This document shows positions 1-9,529 of a DNA stretch of 64,000 nt, in pieces. Within the stretch, counting starts at the first letter, position 1. Each line of letters begins with the position of its first letter. The position numbers were made by a program, and so were the translations under genes. The DNA lies in the IMG/VR virus record IMGVR_UViG_3300034072_001021, positions 186,001 through 250,000 of that record. One strand, 5' to 3'. Under the pieces are notes generated by a model. It saw only the letters and a program-made list of their open reading frames with translations. It was not told the origin of the DNA and did not search any database.

Positions 1-621
1 GGCCACATGGCCATGGCCGTGGTCATCGGTGCCAAGCAATCCCTGCGCAACGCCGAGAACACCATCGCTTCGGTCAAGACCCTCGACGCCATCGCTCGTG
101 CCTCCGGTAAGCCGGTCATCATGCACCTGGGCTTCAACGCCAGCAAGTCCGTCTCCGACGCCGATGTCGACCGTGAAGCTCACGGCATGATCTCTGCTCT
201 GTCGGTACTGTGCTCGCGTCGTAACCACGGCCTGGACACCGCAGACCTGCGTTCGTTCTTCGACTTCACCAAGTCGACCGGCGCTCCTGCTCAACTGGCT
301 CGCATCCATGTGACCGACAACGTCGACTTCTTCGATCGCACCATGAACAACGGCGGCCTGTCGGCTGCTTACCTGTTGCGTGAGCAGAACGACGAGACCC
401 CCGGCACCTTCGTACCCTACTGCACCTACGGCACCATGCCGTCGATCGCGCAGTTCAACAGCAGCCTGTTCTTCGGTATCGAGAACGGTACGCTGGCGGA
501 CTTCCGTGAGCACGTGCAGCAACTGCAGAAGGAAATCGACATGCAGAAGCGCACCACCAGCGAGGCCGTTGGCTTCCTCGGCGCTGATGACAAGCTGTCC
601 GACACCGGTCTGGTGTTGTAA
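1..621 (+). CDS. phuZ: PhuZ tubulin-like protein, 3' part (5' end outside window)
   Basis: Frame is open from base 1. C-terminal part resembles PhuZ (LDTADL..FF.F.K, QLA) and ends in the acidic-hydrophobic tail DDKLSDTGLVL. It lies upstream of the DNA polymerase/chimallin block as in phiKZ-like phages and has strong C-ending codon bias. Confidence 0.8.
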   Translation, partial: GHMAMAVVIGAKQSLRNAENTIASVKTLDAIARASGKPVIMHLGFNASKSVSDADVDREAHGMISALSVLCSRRNHGLDTADLRSFFDFTKSTGAPAQLARIHVTDNVDFFDRTMNNGGLSAAYLLREQNDETPGTFVPYCTYGTMPSIAQFNSSLFFGIENGTLADFREHVQQLQKEIDMQKRTTSEAVGFLGADDKLSDTGLVL

Positions 622-624
622 GTA

Positions 625-665
625 GCATTGAGGACTGTGGGAGGAAACTCCCACAGTCTTTATGC
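625..665 (+). terminator. Hairpin after phuZ (GCAT-flanked family)
   Basis: 13-bp stem aggactgtgggag-GAAA-ctcccacagtctt with outer GCAT/ATGC, directly after the stop codon. Confidence 0.7.
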
Positions 666-695
666 CGTCTCTGATTAAACCGATAAGGACACGCA

Positions 696-1157
696 ATGAG
701 TAACAGTAAAGCTCCAAATGCAGTAGTCGTCTCTGCACAACGCTTGCAAGATCTGCGTGATCTTTGCCAACCTTCGAATTTCAATACCACTGAGCAAGCA
801 CACAATGCCTTGCACGACGGTATCAGCAAACTGCTGAATGAGCGCAACGGTGTTGAGATCGTTCCTCATCGACTGATGATCGCCGATCGTTTCAAAGTAA
901 ACAAAGATTCTGAAGAAGTCTGGATCGTCACTGATCGCATTCGTGAATCTACGATCAACTTTAGTTCGTCCATCGTCCATGGCCTTGAGATCAATTCGTT
1001 CATAACGTCGAAGCCAGATAGGCTAATCGTGGTAACTGACACCGGTAGTAAAGACGGATACCTGAATCTTGATACGGGTATTCTGTACGAAACTATCGAC
1101 GGCATTGACATGACAATCGATCATGTCAATAAAGTCTATCTCATCAGCCAGCTTTAA
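696..1157 (+). CDS. hypothetical protein
   Basis: 153-aa ORF with an aaggac RBS, in tandem with neighbours. Confidence 0.75.
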   Translation: MSNSKAPNAVVVSAQRLQDLRDLCQPSNFNTTEQAHNALHDGISKLLNERNGVEIVPHRLMIADRFKVNKDSEEVWIVTDRIRESTINFSSSIVHGLEINSFITSKPDRLIVVTDTGSKDGYLNLDTGILYETIDGIDMTIDHVNKVYLISQL

Positions 1158-1171
1158 CCAGGAGCATCATC

Positions 1172-1891
1172 ATGCAAGTTACCGTAACCGATAAAGGCAC
1201 CATCCTCGACGCCGATGGCAAGCCGATGTATCAGCTGATCACTGAACCACATCGCACCGATGCGTTCATGTACGAAGATACCTTCGGCGGTGCCATCCTG
1301 ATGCGCGTAGGCTTCATCTCTCCGATCCCGCCGCGCCATCTCGATAACGGCGATTACGTCCATGACTCGCGCCCGATCGCATGGCCGCTCATCCATCCGT
1401 ACTGGGTAGTGCGCATGTCCGAAGACGCGAACATGATGATGGCCTACGTCGAGTCCGTCGATGATCTCAAAGTCTACTGGCCCGAAGCTACCGAGATCAC
1501 TGTGTTCGAAGAGAACGTCACCAAGTACCGTTTCAACAGTAACTTCCAGAAGCCGTCCTGGCTGGCCGAAGTACATCATCCGGACTTCAAGGTACTGCCG
1601 CACCGTCTGGGCGCATTCCGCATCTTCAATCCGAACGATGCAGATCTGAACATCATCGGCTTCGGTCCGGACGTCGACTACGCCGTCCAGCTGAACAACC
1701 ACAAGCTGGAATACGGCGTCCATGACAACGCCGAGTTCCAGGAAATGTACGATGGTCTCGAGAACGGCTGGCGCGATCTGCAGATCGAATACTACCCGGC
1801 CGAAACCATCGAGCTGGCCGAGAAGAAAGCCAAAGAACTGATCGCGTTCCACACCCCGATGGCCGAGATCCCGACCGAACTCCACATCTAA
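1172..1891 (+). CDS. hypothetical phage protein (RPIAWP..HPYW..WPEA motif family)
   Basis: 239 aa, aggag RBS, phage-like codon usage; W/P-rich motif I recall from phage hypothetical proteins. Confidence 0.8.
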   Translation: MQVTVTDKGTILDADGKPMYQLITEPHRTDAFMYEDTFGGAILMRVGFISPIPPRHLDNGDYVHDSRPIAWPLIHPYWVVRMSEDANMMMAYVESVDDLKVYWPEATEITVFEENVTKYRFNSNFQKPSWLAEVHHPDFKVLPHRLGAFRIFNPNDADLNIIGFGPDVDYAVQLNNHKLEYGVHDNAEFQEMYDGLENGWRDLQIEYYPAETIELAEKKAKELIAFHTPMAEIPTELHI

Positions 1892-1901
1892 GGAAAACCA
1901 C

Positions 1902-2195
1902 ATGGCGCAGGTAATCATTGCAACCGTACGTGTCGACAACCTTGACGATCACTATGATCTCTATGCTTACCTGCGTGACTCATGTATCCCGGATGTCAGA
2001 CCGTTGTTCAACTGCCTGGCTGACCATTACGATGACAAACTCAAAGCGGCCGCTCTTATCAAACGCGCTGATGGGCTGCATGAGTTGGTGATCTGGTCTG
2101 GTTACGCGGAAGTGCGATTTAAGGCAAGTGTTCCTCGTAATCCACCAACGGTTGAAGAATTCACGACTCATCTTTTAAAGGAAAGCGCATTATGA
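1902..2195 (+). CDS. hypothetical protein
   Basis: 97 aa, aagga RBS, stop overlaps the next start (ATGA). Confidence 0.7.
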   Translation: MAQVIIATVRVDNLDDHYDLYAYLRDSCIPDVRPLFNCLADHYDDKLKAAALIKRADGLHELVIWSGYAEVRFKASVPRNPPTVEEFTTHLLKESAL

Positions 2196-2401
2196 GTGCT
2201 GACGTGTTTGAATGTGAAAAGTGCGGTAACGTTGACTCTATCCACACCACCCAAACCACATCGGCTGGTTATCTGTGTCATCGTTGCCTTACTGGAGAAT
2301 GGCATGGTCAGTTCAGTGAGGAACGATATTCGTTTGAGAAACACGGCCCGGCCTTGAATAAGGTCAATCCTGAAGATGGTTTCAACACCAGCTTCAGTTA
2401 A
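2192..2401 (+). CDS. small Zn-ribbon protein
   Basis: CEKC...CHRC Cys pairs; translationally coupled; followed by a terminator hairpin. Confidence 0.7.
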   Translation: MSADVFECEKCGNVDSIHTTQTTSAGYLCHRCLTGEWHGQFSEERYSFEKHGPALNKVNPEDGFNTSFS

Positions 2402-2403
2402 AC

Positions 2404-2437
2404 GCATAGAGAGCAGGGGCTTGATCCCCTGCTCTCT
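2404..2437 (+). terminator. GCATAG-family hairpin
   Basis: 12-bp stem agagagcagggg/cccctgctctct preceded by GCAT, with a T-tract shortly downstream. Confidence 0.7.
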
Positions 2438-2493
2438 GACCTTATTTTTTAAGGTAAATAAATCCCCGATCGACCTATCGTGTAGGGGGATCT

Positions 2494-2835
2494 ATGAATA
2501 TCAAATTTAAGGGCCCTACGGGCTTGATTTTCGACGTTTCTTCTATAAACCAGATGCTGGATGAGGAGGGAGTCTTTTCGCCCCTTGCAACGCAGTATGT
2601 GGTCGAGAGAGACCTAGTCGAAAAACTAGGACTCACAGTAATCAGCGACATCCCACAGTATCCATCGCTGCGTGAACAGTACAGTAATGTACGAAAGCTC
2701 ATGGCCCATCATGGATTAGAGTTTCATACACGCCTTCCGGAGTATATTGTCGGAATGTTGCGGATGTTCATCATCTCTGTGGTGATGGACAAGGAAGTAC
2801 TCATTATCTGCCTGCAGAAACAATTAAGGAGCTAA
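2494..2835 (+). CDS. hypothetical protein, small-ORF array member 1
   Basis: 113 aa, gggga RBS; ends in the beta-turn-beta segment FIISVVMDKEVLIICL. Confidence 0.7.
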   Translation: MNIKFKGPTGLIFDVSSINQMLDEEGVFSPLATQYVVERDLVEKLGLTVISDIPQYPSLREQYSNVRKLMAHHGLEFHTRLPEYIVGMLRMFIISVVMDKEVLIICLQKQLRS

Positions 2836-2838
2836 CCA

Positions 2839-3438
2839 GTGCGGTTCATCAGTTTGCCTATTTCGGATTTGGTCAGCTATATCACCGACAACATCGATGA
2901 GTGGCCAGCCGGGTACAACCTAGAGCCTGGACAGGAAGCCCAGACAATCATCGATGCGGCAGCAGCATTTGCTACCCACTACATCTTCTCCGGACTGCCA
3001 CATGTGGCGGAAAAGAAAGATCCATTGGAGACCATGCTTGAGGTGCTTGGTTATCCAATCCACTTGATCAGTTACGAGCAAGTTGAAGATATCTGCGACG
3101 AGATCGACGAATACTTCCTTGCCATGACCGCCATTATGGATGTAATGGTCGATGGTATTGGTGAGTATCTCAAGAACAAAGAGATTACCGTTTCTCACAA
3201 GTCAGGATGTGAAGACATCGTTATCAACATTGATGACGACATCCGCCTGATCCAACTGCGCAAGCTGAATGGCCAGTTGAAAGAAATGATGCCGCCGAAG
3301 AAGATCACTGCCAAGAACATTGATGATGCTGAACTGGCAGTCGGTCGTTTCGTTCGTAAAGCGTTTGATGCAGCGTCATCTGAAGCGGTGCGTGTAGAAC
3401 TCAAGCGCATCTTCGACGAAGAGATCAAGCGCCATTGA
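2839..3438 (+). CDS. hypothetical protein, array member 2
   Basis: 199 aa, GTG start after an aggag RBS. Confidence 0.75.
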   Translation: MRFISLPISDLVSYITDNIDEWPAGYNLEPGQEAQTIIDAAAAFATHYIFSGLPHVAEKKDPLETMLEVLGYPIHLISYEQVEDICDEIDEYFLAMTAIMDVMVDGIGEYLKNKEITVSHKSGCEDIVINIDDDIRLIQLRKLNGQLKEMMPPKKITAKNIDDAELAVGRFVRKAFDAASSEAVRVELKRIFDEEIKRH

Positions 3439-3453
3439 TAAAGGAGAGGCGAT

Positions 3454-3885
3454 ATGATTCCTGTATTGGTGTCGTCGTCTTCCCTTGAAGCAGTTGTCAC
3501 TGACATCTTCAATGACCAGTTAGGCAGTTGCTTCCCATCTGACGTATCGAGTCTGATAAGTCGTCTGTGTGTCAGTTATAATGAGACACAGGAAGATCTG
3601 TTGATTGATGCTGCCATTAAAGGCATGGAACGGGAGTTGTCCGACTACTCCCCAATCGACATGGTCGTTGAGTTCTTCATCAGGCTCGTGGACGGTTACG
3701 TCAATAAGGAGACACACCTCCCCGTACTCCAGTACGAGGCTACCCGAGAAACAATCGTGATTACTTCACGGTTGAAACCTAAACCAGCAGTGATCGATTC
3801 ATTGATCAAAGAGTACCGACATGCTGAATCCAGAGGTGATTACCTACCGGAGCGGTATCGTCGAGCATTCGAAGGATTGTTATAG
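3454..3885 (+). CDS. hypothetical protein, array member 3
   Basis: 143 aa, ggagagg RBS. Confidence 0.75.
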   Translation: MIPVLVSSSSLEAVVTDIFNDQLGSCFPSDVSSLISRLCVSYNETQEDLLIDAAIKGMERELSDYSPIDMVVEFFIRLVDGYVNKETHLPVLQYEATRETIVITSRLKPKPAVIDSLIKEYRHAESRGDYLPERYRRAFEGLL

Positions 3886-4309
3886 GTCCTGGGGTGTACC
3901 GTATGTGGTCACCCGTGTGACTGTTAATAACGGGCCAGGGATGGTCAGGTTTGTCATGGTTGGTCTTCCGATCGACCATCGTGAGTTGCTGAAGATACAG
4001 GACGAGCTGTACGCTTTAGGGCTCGATGTCCCGTTGTTGGACATCATAAACTGTGGTCTAATGATGCACGACATCCTGGATACCGCGATAGTGCGCAGAT
4101 GGATGCGCAACAAGAACCCCACCAAACAACGACTGTTCTTACCGGATCTTGAAAAGACGTCCGACGTGATAAGCAGTCTTTTCTCTGGTCTCATGGCATC
4201 ATTCAAATTAAATTGCAAAGCCATAGACTATGATAATGGAGAGTTACTGTTGGAGATCTCTCGCGATGTCAAATGGGATGAACTCAATCGTTTTGAACCT
4301 AAACGATGA
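3821..4309 (+). CDS. hypothetical protein, array member 4 (true start probably near 3890)
   Basis: ORF tiles between neighbours; start is uncertain. Confidence 0.65.
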   Translation: MLNPEVITYRSGIVEHSKDCYRSWGVPYVVTRVTVNNGPGMVRFVMVGLPIDHRELLKIQDELYALGLDVPLLDIINCGLMMHDILDTAIVRRWMRNKNPTKQRLFLPDLEKTSDVISSLFSGLMASFKLNCKAIDYDNGELLLEISRDVKWDELNRFEPKR

Positions 4310-4718
4310 GAAGGCGCTAGGCGAGCCGGGACGAAAGTTACTCGAGCTTGTCAGCGCCCAGGTTTTAGTCTATGCCGCAATCGCATTATTCGTGTTTGAA
4401 GAGAGTTACTATGCGGACGACTTACTGGCAAATTATCCAGAACAACACATTACCTTTATAGAGTGGCTGGAGCACTTCGGTGACGCCGCCTCTAAAGAAA
4501 TTCAAGACTTAAGGACTTTCTATGAAATACCCAATGATGCGTCCGATGCGAGTCCCGGCAGAAATGCTACGCCGTATCAACTCATTCGAGTCGGATATTC
4601 GGGCTCAGATGAATACCTCTTTGTCCGAGCGTCCAAGTGTGAAAGTCATCATCACCTTGGAAACAAATGGCGAGTTCTTAACGAAAGCGATGCGGGCATG
4701 TCAGGCCACAGGTCTTAG
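4278..4718 (+). CDS. hypothetical protein, array member 5
   Basis: Within ORF 4230..4718; probable start MNSIVLNLND. Confidence 0.6.
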   Translation: MNSIVLNLNDEKALGEPGRKLLELVSAQVLVYAAIALFVFEESYYADDLLANYPEQHITFIEWLEHFGDAASKEIQDLRTFYEIPNDASDASPGRNATPYQLIRVGYSGSDEYLFVRASKCESHHHLGNKWRVLNESDAGMSGHRS

Positions 4719-5061
4719 TCTCGACCAGCTGTTTGAGGTCTTGTCTGAGAACTTCATGGCGCGCCTCAATGACACGTTCCCACTAGCCCCCATGATGGAT
4801 TCCAAGATGCCATCTCAGGCTCAACTGGAAATCCAAGACAGTATCAGTTCGATTCTCGACGAACTGGAGCGTCAGGCCCAGTTCATTAACCGTAACAACA
4901 CCGAGAGTCTCAAGATTCTGGAGATTGACAATGATGATGAATGGGCACTCATCGAACTCAAACCCCGCAATGAACCTGACGCTCCCGCTGACGCTGGTGT
5001 TACAGTTAGACTCCCGGCACGTCGAAAGAACCGACAGGCTCCTGCTAATTCCAGCAATTGA
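4639..5061 (+). CDS. hypothetical protein, array member 6
   Basis: Within ORF 4522..5061; probable GTG start MKVIITLET. Confidence 0.6.
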   Translation: MKVIITLETNGEFLTKAMRACQATGLSLDQLFEVLSENFMARLNDTFPLAPMMDSKMPSQAQLEIQDSISSILDELERQAQFINRNNTESLKILEIDNDDEWALIELKPRNEPDAPADAGVTVRLPARRKNRQAPANSSN

Positions 5062-5434
5062 AGCTGCTCTGCGCGGTCTACTGACATCGTCTATCTCGGT
5101 TCAGTTTGCCGGCCTTGTCACCTTCTGGCGAGACCTGATCAAAGAGAACATGACTTGCAATGCCATCGACTTGTCGTGGGATAGAACGCTACTAACCGTG
5201 GAGGAGGCTTTCGAACCTCTTCTCGAATCTTTAAATGTCTATGTGGAATCTCTGCGCGAATACGGTAAGATCGATAACCTTATCGTGGACGTTCTCGGAT
5301 TAAATGCAATAGACGGTAGCGTCATAGTGAGGATAAGTGATGGCCGAGACAACAGCCATAATCCACGGCGCCGGGATCTACAAGAATTTCCTAAGCGACC
5401 TGTCACAGGTCATGGATCATTCGTACGATATTGA
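4925..5434 (+). CDS. hypothetical protein, array member 7 (start uncertain)
   Basis: ORF tiles the gap and ends in VDVLGLNAIDGSVIVRIS plus a tail. Confidence 0.55.
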   Translation: MTMMMNGHSSNSNPAMNLTLPLTLVLQLDSRHVERTDRLLLIPAIEAALRGLLTSSISVQFAGLVTFWRDLIKENMTCNAIDLSWDRTLLTVEEAFEPLLESLNVYVESLREYGKIDNLIVDVLGLNAIDGSVIVRISDGRDNSHNPRRRDLQEFPKRPVTGHGSFVRY

Positions 5435-5687
5435 CGAGATATTCGTCCATTATCGCGACTGGGTCCGTCGTGGTGAATTGTTTGTCGACGAGTTTGTGAT
5501 GCCGATGTTCCCTCCCAGCTACAACGGTAAGGAACTCGTCGAGAGTGAAGATTTCATAGCGTTGAGAAATGCTATGATAAACCTGTACTGCGCGCTAGAC
5601 CACGCCACCCCAGGCATGGACAGACGCAGAGTTTGCCATGCGGCCTATTCGGAAGACGACGAGGCAGTAGTCATCGTTTTGCGTTAA
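5337..5687 (+). CDS. hypothetical protein, array member 8
   Basis: 116 aa, ending VCHAAYSEDDEAVVIVLR. Confidence 0.65.
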   Translation: MMAETTAIIHGAGIYKNFLSDLSQVMDHSYDIDEIFVHYRDWVRRGELFVDEFVMPMFPPSYNGKELVESEDFIALRNAMINLYCALDHATPGMDRRRVCHAAYSEDDEAVVIVLR

Positions 5688-5695
5688 GGGAAATC

Positions 5696-5998
5696 ATGCG
5701 AATCATTAGTACTTCTGCGGCAATTGCTGAATTGTTGCCCGAGGTATTTTACGCACTGGACCCCGATGCCCCTCTGGACACTGAGGAGCTTCCAAGGTCG
5801 CTGCGGCGATACATCAATAATCTCATCATGGCCGCGTTCTTCTACCGTAGTGTCGACGACATTATCGATAGTGACTGGCTAACCAAGATCAGGCGAGATC
5901 CGTCTTTCCTAATGGTCTCCAGATTCCGATGGGTGGAATTGGATGTTATCGATACCGAGGGTACATATATCTTAATCATCGAGGAGAACCAACGATGA
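5696..5998 (+). CDS. hypothetical protein, array member 9
   Basis: ATG after an aaggg RBS; stop overlaps the next ATG. Confidence 0.7.
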   Translation: MRIISTSAAIAELLPEVFYALDPDAPLDTEELPRSLRRYINNLIMAAFFYRSVDDIIDSDWLTKIRRDPSFLMVSRFRWVELDVIDTEGTYILIIEENQR

Positions 5999-6408
5999 GC
6001 ATCACCGAGTATATCGGGTCTGTCGTCAATTTCGACACGGCAGCCCCAGGGATTCTGGGTACGAACCGACGTAACGTCCAAGTGCTCGCTGTACTGGACA
6101 TGGACACTGCGGCTATGATGTCCGATGTCCGTGCCCGGCATTCCCAAGTCAAGAACTACATTCAGGATCTCCCTGAAGCGGCCAGTTCCTACAACTACGT
6201 GAAGATCCGTTATATGAACGGTGACATCGAAGTTCTCGGTGTACCGTGGATCAAACACGATACCATTGAGGTGGTCACTAGCCGCAAGCTGGTAATCACC
6301 GTGAACAATGTCACCGATACCGTCGAGAACACAGTCAAGCAGGCACTTCTCCAAAATGGCATCGACTTTTCTATTGAACAAATCGGGACGGTTTCGCAGC
6401 CGACCTAA
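5995..6408 (+). CDS. conserved phiKZ-like hypothetical protein upstream of DNA polymerase
   Basis: gaggag RBS, 137 aa, beta-rich; position matches the conserved gene I recall before the polymerase in this family. Confidence 0.75.
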   Translation: MSITEYIGSVVNFDTAAPGILGTNRRNVQVLAVLDMDTAAMMSDVRARHSQVKNYIQDLPEAASSYNYVKIRYMNGDIEVLGVPWIKHDTIEVVTSRKLVITVNNVTDTVENTVKQALLQNGIDFSIEQIGTVSQPT

Positions 6409-6847
6409 AAGCCAGGTGGTGTTCGGAGCAAACGCCGAGAACACCCTCATCTATCCATTTGATCATCACTTCTTCATGAGGTACGGTGACTTCGTAGAAA
6501 AGGTCGGCAACATCGAAGGGATTGTGTATTCTGGAGATGAATGCACTGGCGGCATGATCGACATTCTCACTCCATACACCATCGTCGACATCATGCTCAA
6601 TGAAGAAAAAGAAGACATGAGTCTGACGACGTCTATTCAAGATACCTTGTATGACGAGTATGAGTACGATCTTGTCAATAAGGTTCTTGACGAGCTGTAT
6701 CGTTTCTACATGACCTCGGGCAAACCCCATGGTTTTTACGAGATCTTGAACATGGCTTCGATGAATGATCGATTCATTTATCTGAGCGACTTTTTCGGTG
6801 TCCGTGAAGAAGATTCGATGATCTACGTCTTGACCGAAAGTGAATAA
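6308..6847 (+). CDS. hypothetical acidic protein, array member 10 (start probably 6416 or 6476)
   Basis: Open frame, acidic, same C-terminal beta-hairpin pattern. Confidence 0.6.
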   Translation: MSPIPSRTQSSRHFSKMASTFLLNKSGRFRSRPKSQVVFGANAENTLIYPFDHHFFMRYGDFVEKVGNIEGIVYSGDECTGGMIDILTPYTIVDIMLNEEKEDMSLTTSIQDTLYDEYEYDLVNKVLDELYRFYMTSGKPHGFYEILNMASMNDRFIYLSDFFGVREEDSMIYVLTESE

Positions 6848-6914
6848 AAACTAAGGGTGACTCTATTATGAGTCACCCTACTTTATTTTTTCTTTTGTAC
6901 AGGACACAGCATCG

Positions 6915-9200
6915 ATGGAGAACCCATTCGTACTTCCCAAGGAAGCTTACACGCGTGATCTCGACCTGCTGAAAGGCTATTTCAAGCAGAATGTGTTCTT
7001 CCTCCACCGGATGACCGGTCAGTCGGAAGACCAGTGTCTTAAGTTCCTCAGAAAGACCCTGTCTCGTAACGGTCGTTTCCCGATGCAAGACCCGAATATG
7101 CTGGTTCTTCGTCAAGACAGTCCGGGCAATCGCGTAAAAGACGAAATGACGCTGCTCAGCTACGTCAAAACCGTTACCGACAGTGACCGTATTCTCTCTC
7201 CGTCCATGGTTTGCTACGAAAACCCGAATGTCCTGAAGTCTCCTTCGGCAAAGTTCGTGGAATCGGGCATCGCTGGCCGTAAGAAAGCCAAGAACGAGAT
7301 GTTCATGGCCCAGGTAGCCGAAGATAAGGTCCTGGAAAAGATCAAAGACGCCGAGCAGAACGCCAAGAAGATTGCGATTAACTCGCTGTCGGGTATGCAT
7401 GGCTTCACTGGCAACATTCTGTACGTAAAATCGGGTCACTCGAGCCTGACTTCCATGTGCCGTTCGGCTACCGGATACGGTAACGCCAACAACGAGAAGC
7501 TTTTGGCAGGTTCTCGTCATTATCACTCGCCCAAAATCACAGTCGCCAACATGGCGGCGCTGGTTACCAGCCAACCTCACGCCGAATTCGAAGCCGCCAT
7601 GCAAAAATGTGGCTTTGTCTACCCGAATGTTGAGCAAACTGCTGAATGTATCCGTCGCAGCACTGACCTTTACTGGCGCAACCCAGCTCAATTCCAGAAG
7701 ATCGTGGACTTCATTGTCCGCATGACTCCGTTGGAACGTGCCATCGTGGTCTACACGGGCGACCTTTATCACATCACCAAGTACAATGATGAGTTTGTCC
7801 GTACGTTCATGGACAAGATCATCAAGTTCGATCCGTCTAAAGACGATACCGTGATCGAAGACCCGAAGAAACTGCTCGACGGTAAGTCAATTGACGACGA
7901 TACCAAGGTTCTGGCTACTTACCTCAATGCCGATCTGGCTCGTGGTGAGAACTTCGACTCAATGGCCAAGAAAGGAATGAACGAGGCACTGCTTTATATT
8001 GCCCGTACAGCCCTAAACATCCAGAACGTCCTGCAGGAATACTTCGATTTCATCCGTGTCTTCCTGACCCCTGTGCTGTTGGCTCCTACTGTGGCTAACA
8101 TTAAAGGCATTCTGCGTCGCGTGGTGCTGGCGTCAGACACAGACTCCACCATTTTCACTACTCAGGAGTGGGTGACTTGGTATACCGGCAACGATAATCG
8201 CACCAAAGAAGGCGATGGTATCTGGTACACCACCACTTACATTGCCTGTCAGTGCATCGTACACGTCCTGGCCAAGCTGTCGGCTAACATGGGCGTTATC
8301 AAGGAAGACCTTCATCGTCTCACCATGAAGAACGAGTATGCATTCCCGGTCTTTACCCTGACCAGTCGTGCAAAACACTACTACGCATTCATGAGCTGCC
8401 GTGAAGGTAACGTCTATAAGGACTACGAGATGGAGATCAAGGGCGTGGCCCTGCGCTCCTCTACCGTGCCTGTGTCGATTATCAAGGCTGCCAAGGGATT
8501 CATGAAGGAAGTCATGAACCGGGCTGACCAGAACCAACAGTTCACCCTGGAAGAACTGTACCACAAGGTCTGGTCGTACGAGCAGGATATCTACAACTCC
8601 ATCAAGAACGGGGAACATAAGTACCTGAAGTCTGCACAGATTCAGGAATCTTACCCGAACATGAACAAGGAGAATCCTTACCTGGAGAAATCCAACTACA
8701 AACACTACCTCATGTGGGAAGAAGTGTTTGCGCCGAAGTACGGTCATGTTGAGAACCCACCCTACACCTGCATTAAGGTGCCGCTGGCTATCAAGAACAA
8801 GACCGACATGGCTGGTTGGTTCGCCAAGGTTGAGGAAACCGATCCCGAGTTCGCTGCTCGACTGAAGCACTACCACACGATGACCGGTCGGGACAAGATT
8901 GGTACACTGTACCTACCCTACTCGATTCTTGCTGGTATCGGCATGCCCGAAGAAGTCATGGTCATGATTGACGTACGTCGTCTGACCTACGAGATCCTGG
9001 AGTCGTTCTACATGATTCTGGAATCACTGGGCGTGTTCCAGGTCGATAGCAAGTACGTGCGTCTGATCAGCGACATCTATACTCCTGAAGGTGAAGTTAA
9101 TCTGCAGCCCTTGGCGACAGACTCCAACAGCACGATCGACGATGATGAAGAAGAGGACTTCCTTTACGAAGAGGAAGAAGACGACGAAATCTACTGGTAA
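6915..9200 (+). CDS. DNA polymerase family B, polymerase-domain half (phiKZ gp50-like)
   Basis: PolB motifs KxxxNSxxG (KKIAINSLSGMHG), YGNANNE and SDTDS; no exonuclease motifs; acidic C-terminal tail. Confidence 0.92.
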   Translation: MENPFVLPKEAYTRDLDLLKGYFKQNVFFLHRMTGQSEDQCLKFLRKTLSRNGRFPMQDPNMLVLRQDSPGNRVKDEMTLLSYVKTVTDSDRILSPSMVCYENPNVLKSPSAKFVESGIAGRKKAKNEMFMAQVAEDKVLEKIKDAEQNAKKIAINSLSGMHGFTGNILYVKSGHSSLTSMCRSATGYGNANNEKLLAGSRHYHSPKITVANMAALVTSQPHAEFEAAMQKCGFVYPNVEQTAECIRRSTDLYWRNPAQFQKIVDFIVRMTPLERAIVVYTGDLYHITKYNDEFVRTFMDKIIKFDPSKDDTVIEDPKKLLDGKSIDDDTKVLATYLNADLARGENFDSMAKKGMNEALLYIARTALNIQNVLQEYFDFIRVFLTPVLLAPTVANIKGILRRVVLASDTDSTIFTTQEWVTWYTGNDNRTKEGDGIWYTTTYIACQCIVHVLAKLSANMGVIKEDLHRLTMKNEYAFPVFTLTSRAKHYYAFMSCREGNVYKDYEMEIKGVALRSSTVPVSIIKAAKGFMKEVMNRADQNQQFTLEELYHKVWSYEQDIYNSIKNGEHKYLKSAQIQESYPNMNKENPYLEKSNYKHYLMWEEVFAPKYGHVENPPYTCIKVPLAIKNKTDMAGWFAKVEETDPEFAARLKHYHTMTGRDKIGTLYLPYSILAGIGMPEEVMVMIDVRRLTYEILESFYMILESLGVFQVDSKYVRLISDIYTPEGEVNLQPLATDSNSTIDDDEEEDFLYEEEEDDEIYW

Positions 9201-9208
9201 GGTGTGTT

Positions 9209-9529
9209 ATGGAAACCAAGAAAGACCAGCCGTGTAAGATCTTGCATTTTAAGCCAAGGCAATATACAGTGTCTATTGCAGATCTGGGTGCATCATTGAT
9301 CTGTGATACATCGCTGTCTTCCATGGTTTCCGCAACCTGCATCTCGCCAATGTTGTCCGTCATTGTCTCTGATAAGTCTACCATTAGTACGGCATTGTCC
9401 GGAAATTCGGTAGACCTCAGAGACATCCTTGATCAGGCAGCCAAGCTCCATGAAGACATAAACCCAGAATTGGCCAGTGCTTTCATGGAACTCCTTAACA
9501 AAATAAGGAAGGACGATAGCAATGAGTGA
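9209..9529 (+). CDS. hypothetical protein
   Basis: 106 aa with an RBS; overlaps the next start. Confidence 0.6.
   Translation: METKKDQPCKILHFKPRQYTVSIADLGASLICDTSLSSMVSATCISPMLSVIVSDKSTISTALSGNSVDLRDILDQAAKLHEDINPELASAFMELLNKIRKDDSNE

Noticed and set aside
6308-6476. Possible frameshift joining ORF 5995 to ORF 6308
   Set aside because: No in-phase slippery heptamer was found, and alternative starts (GTG 6416, ATG 6476) explain the overlap.
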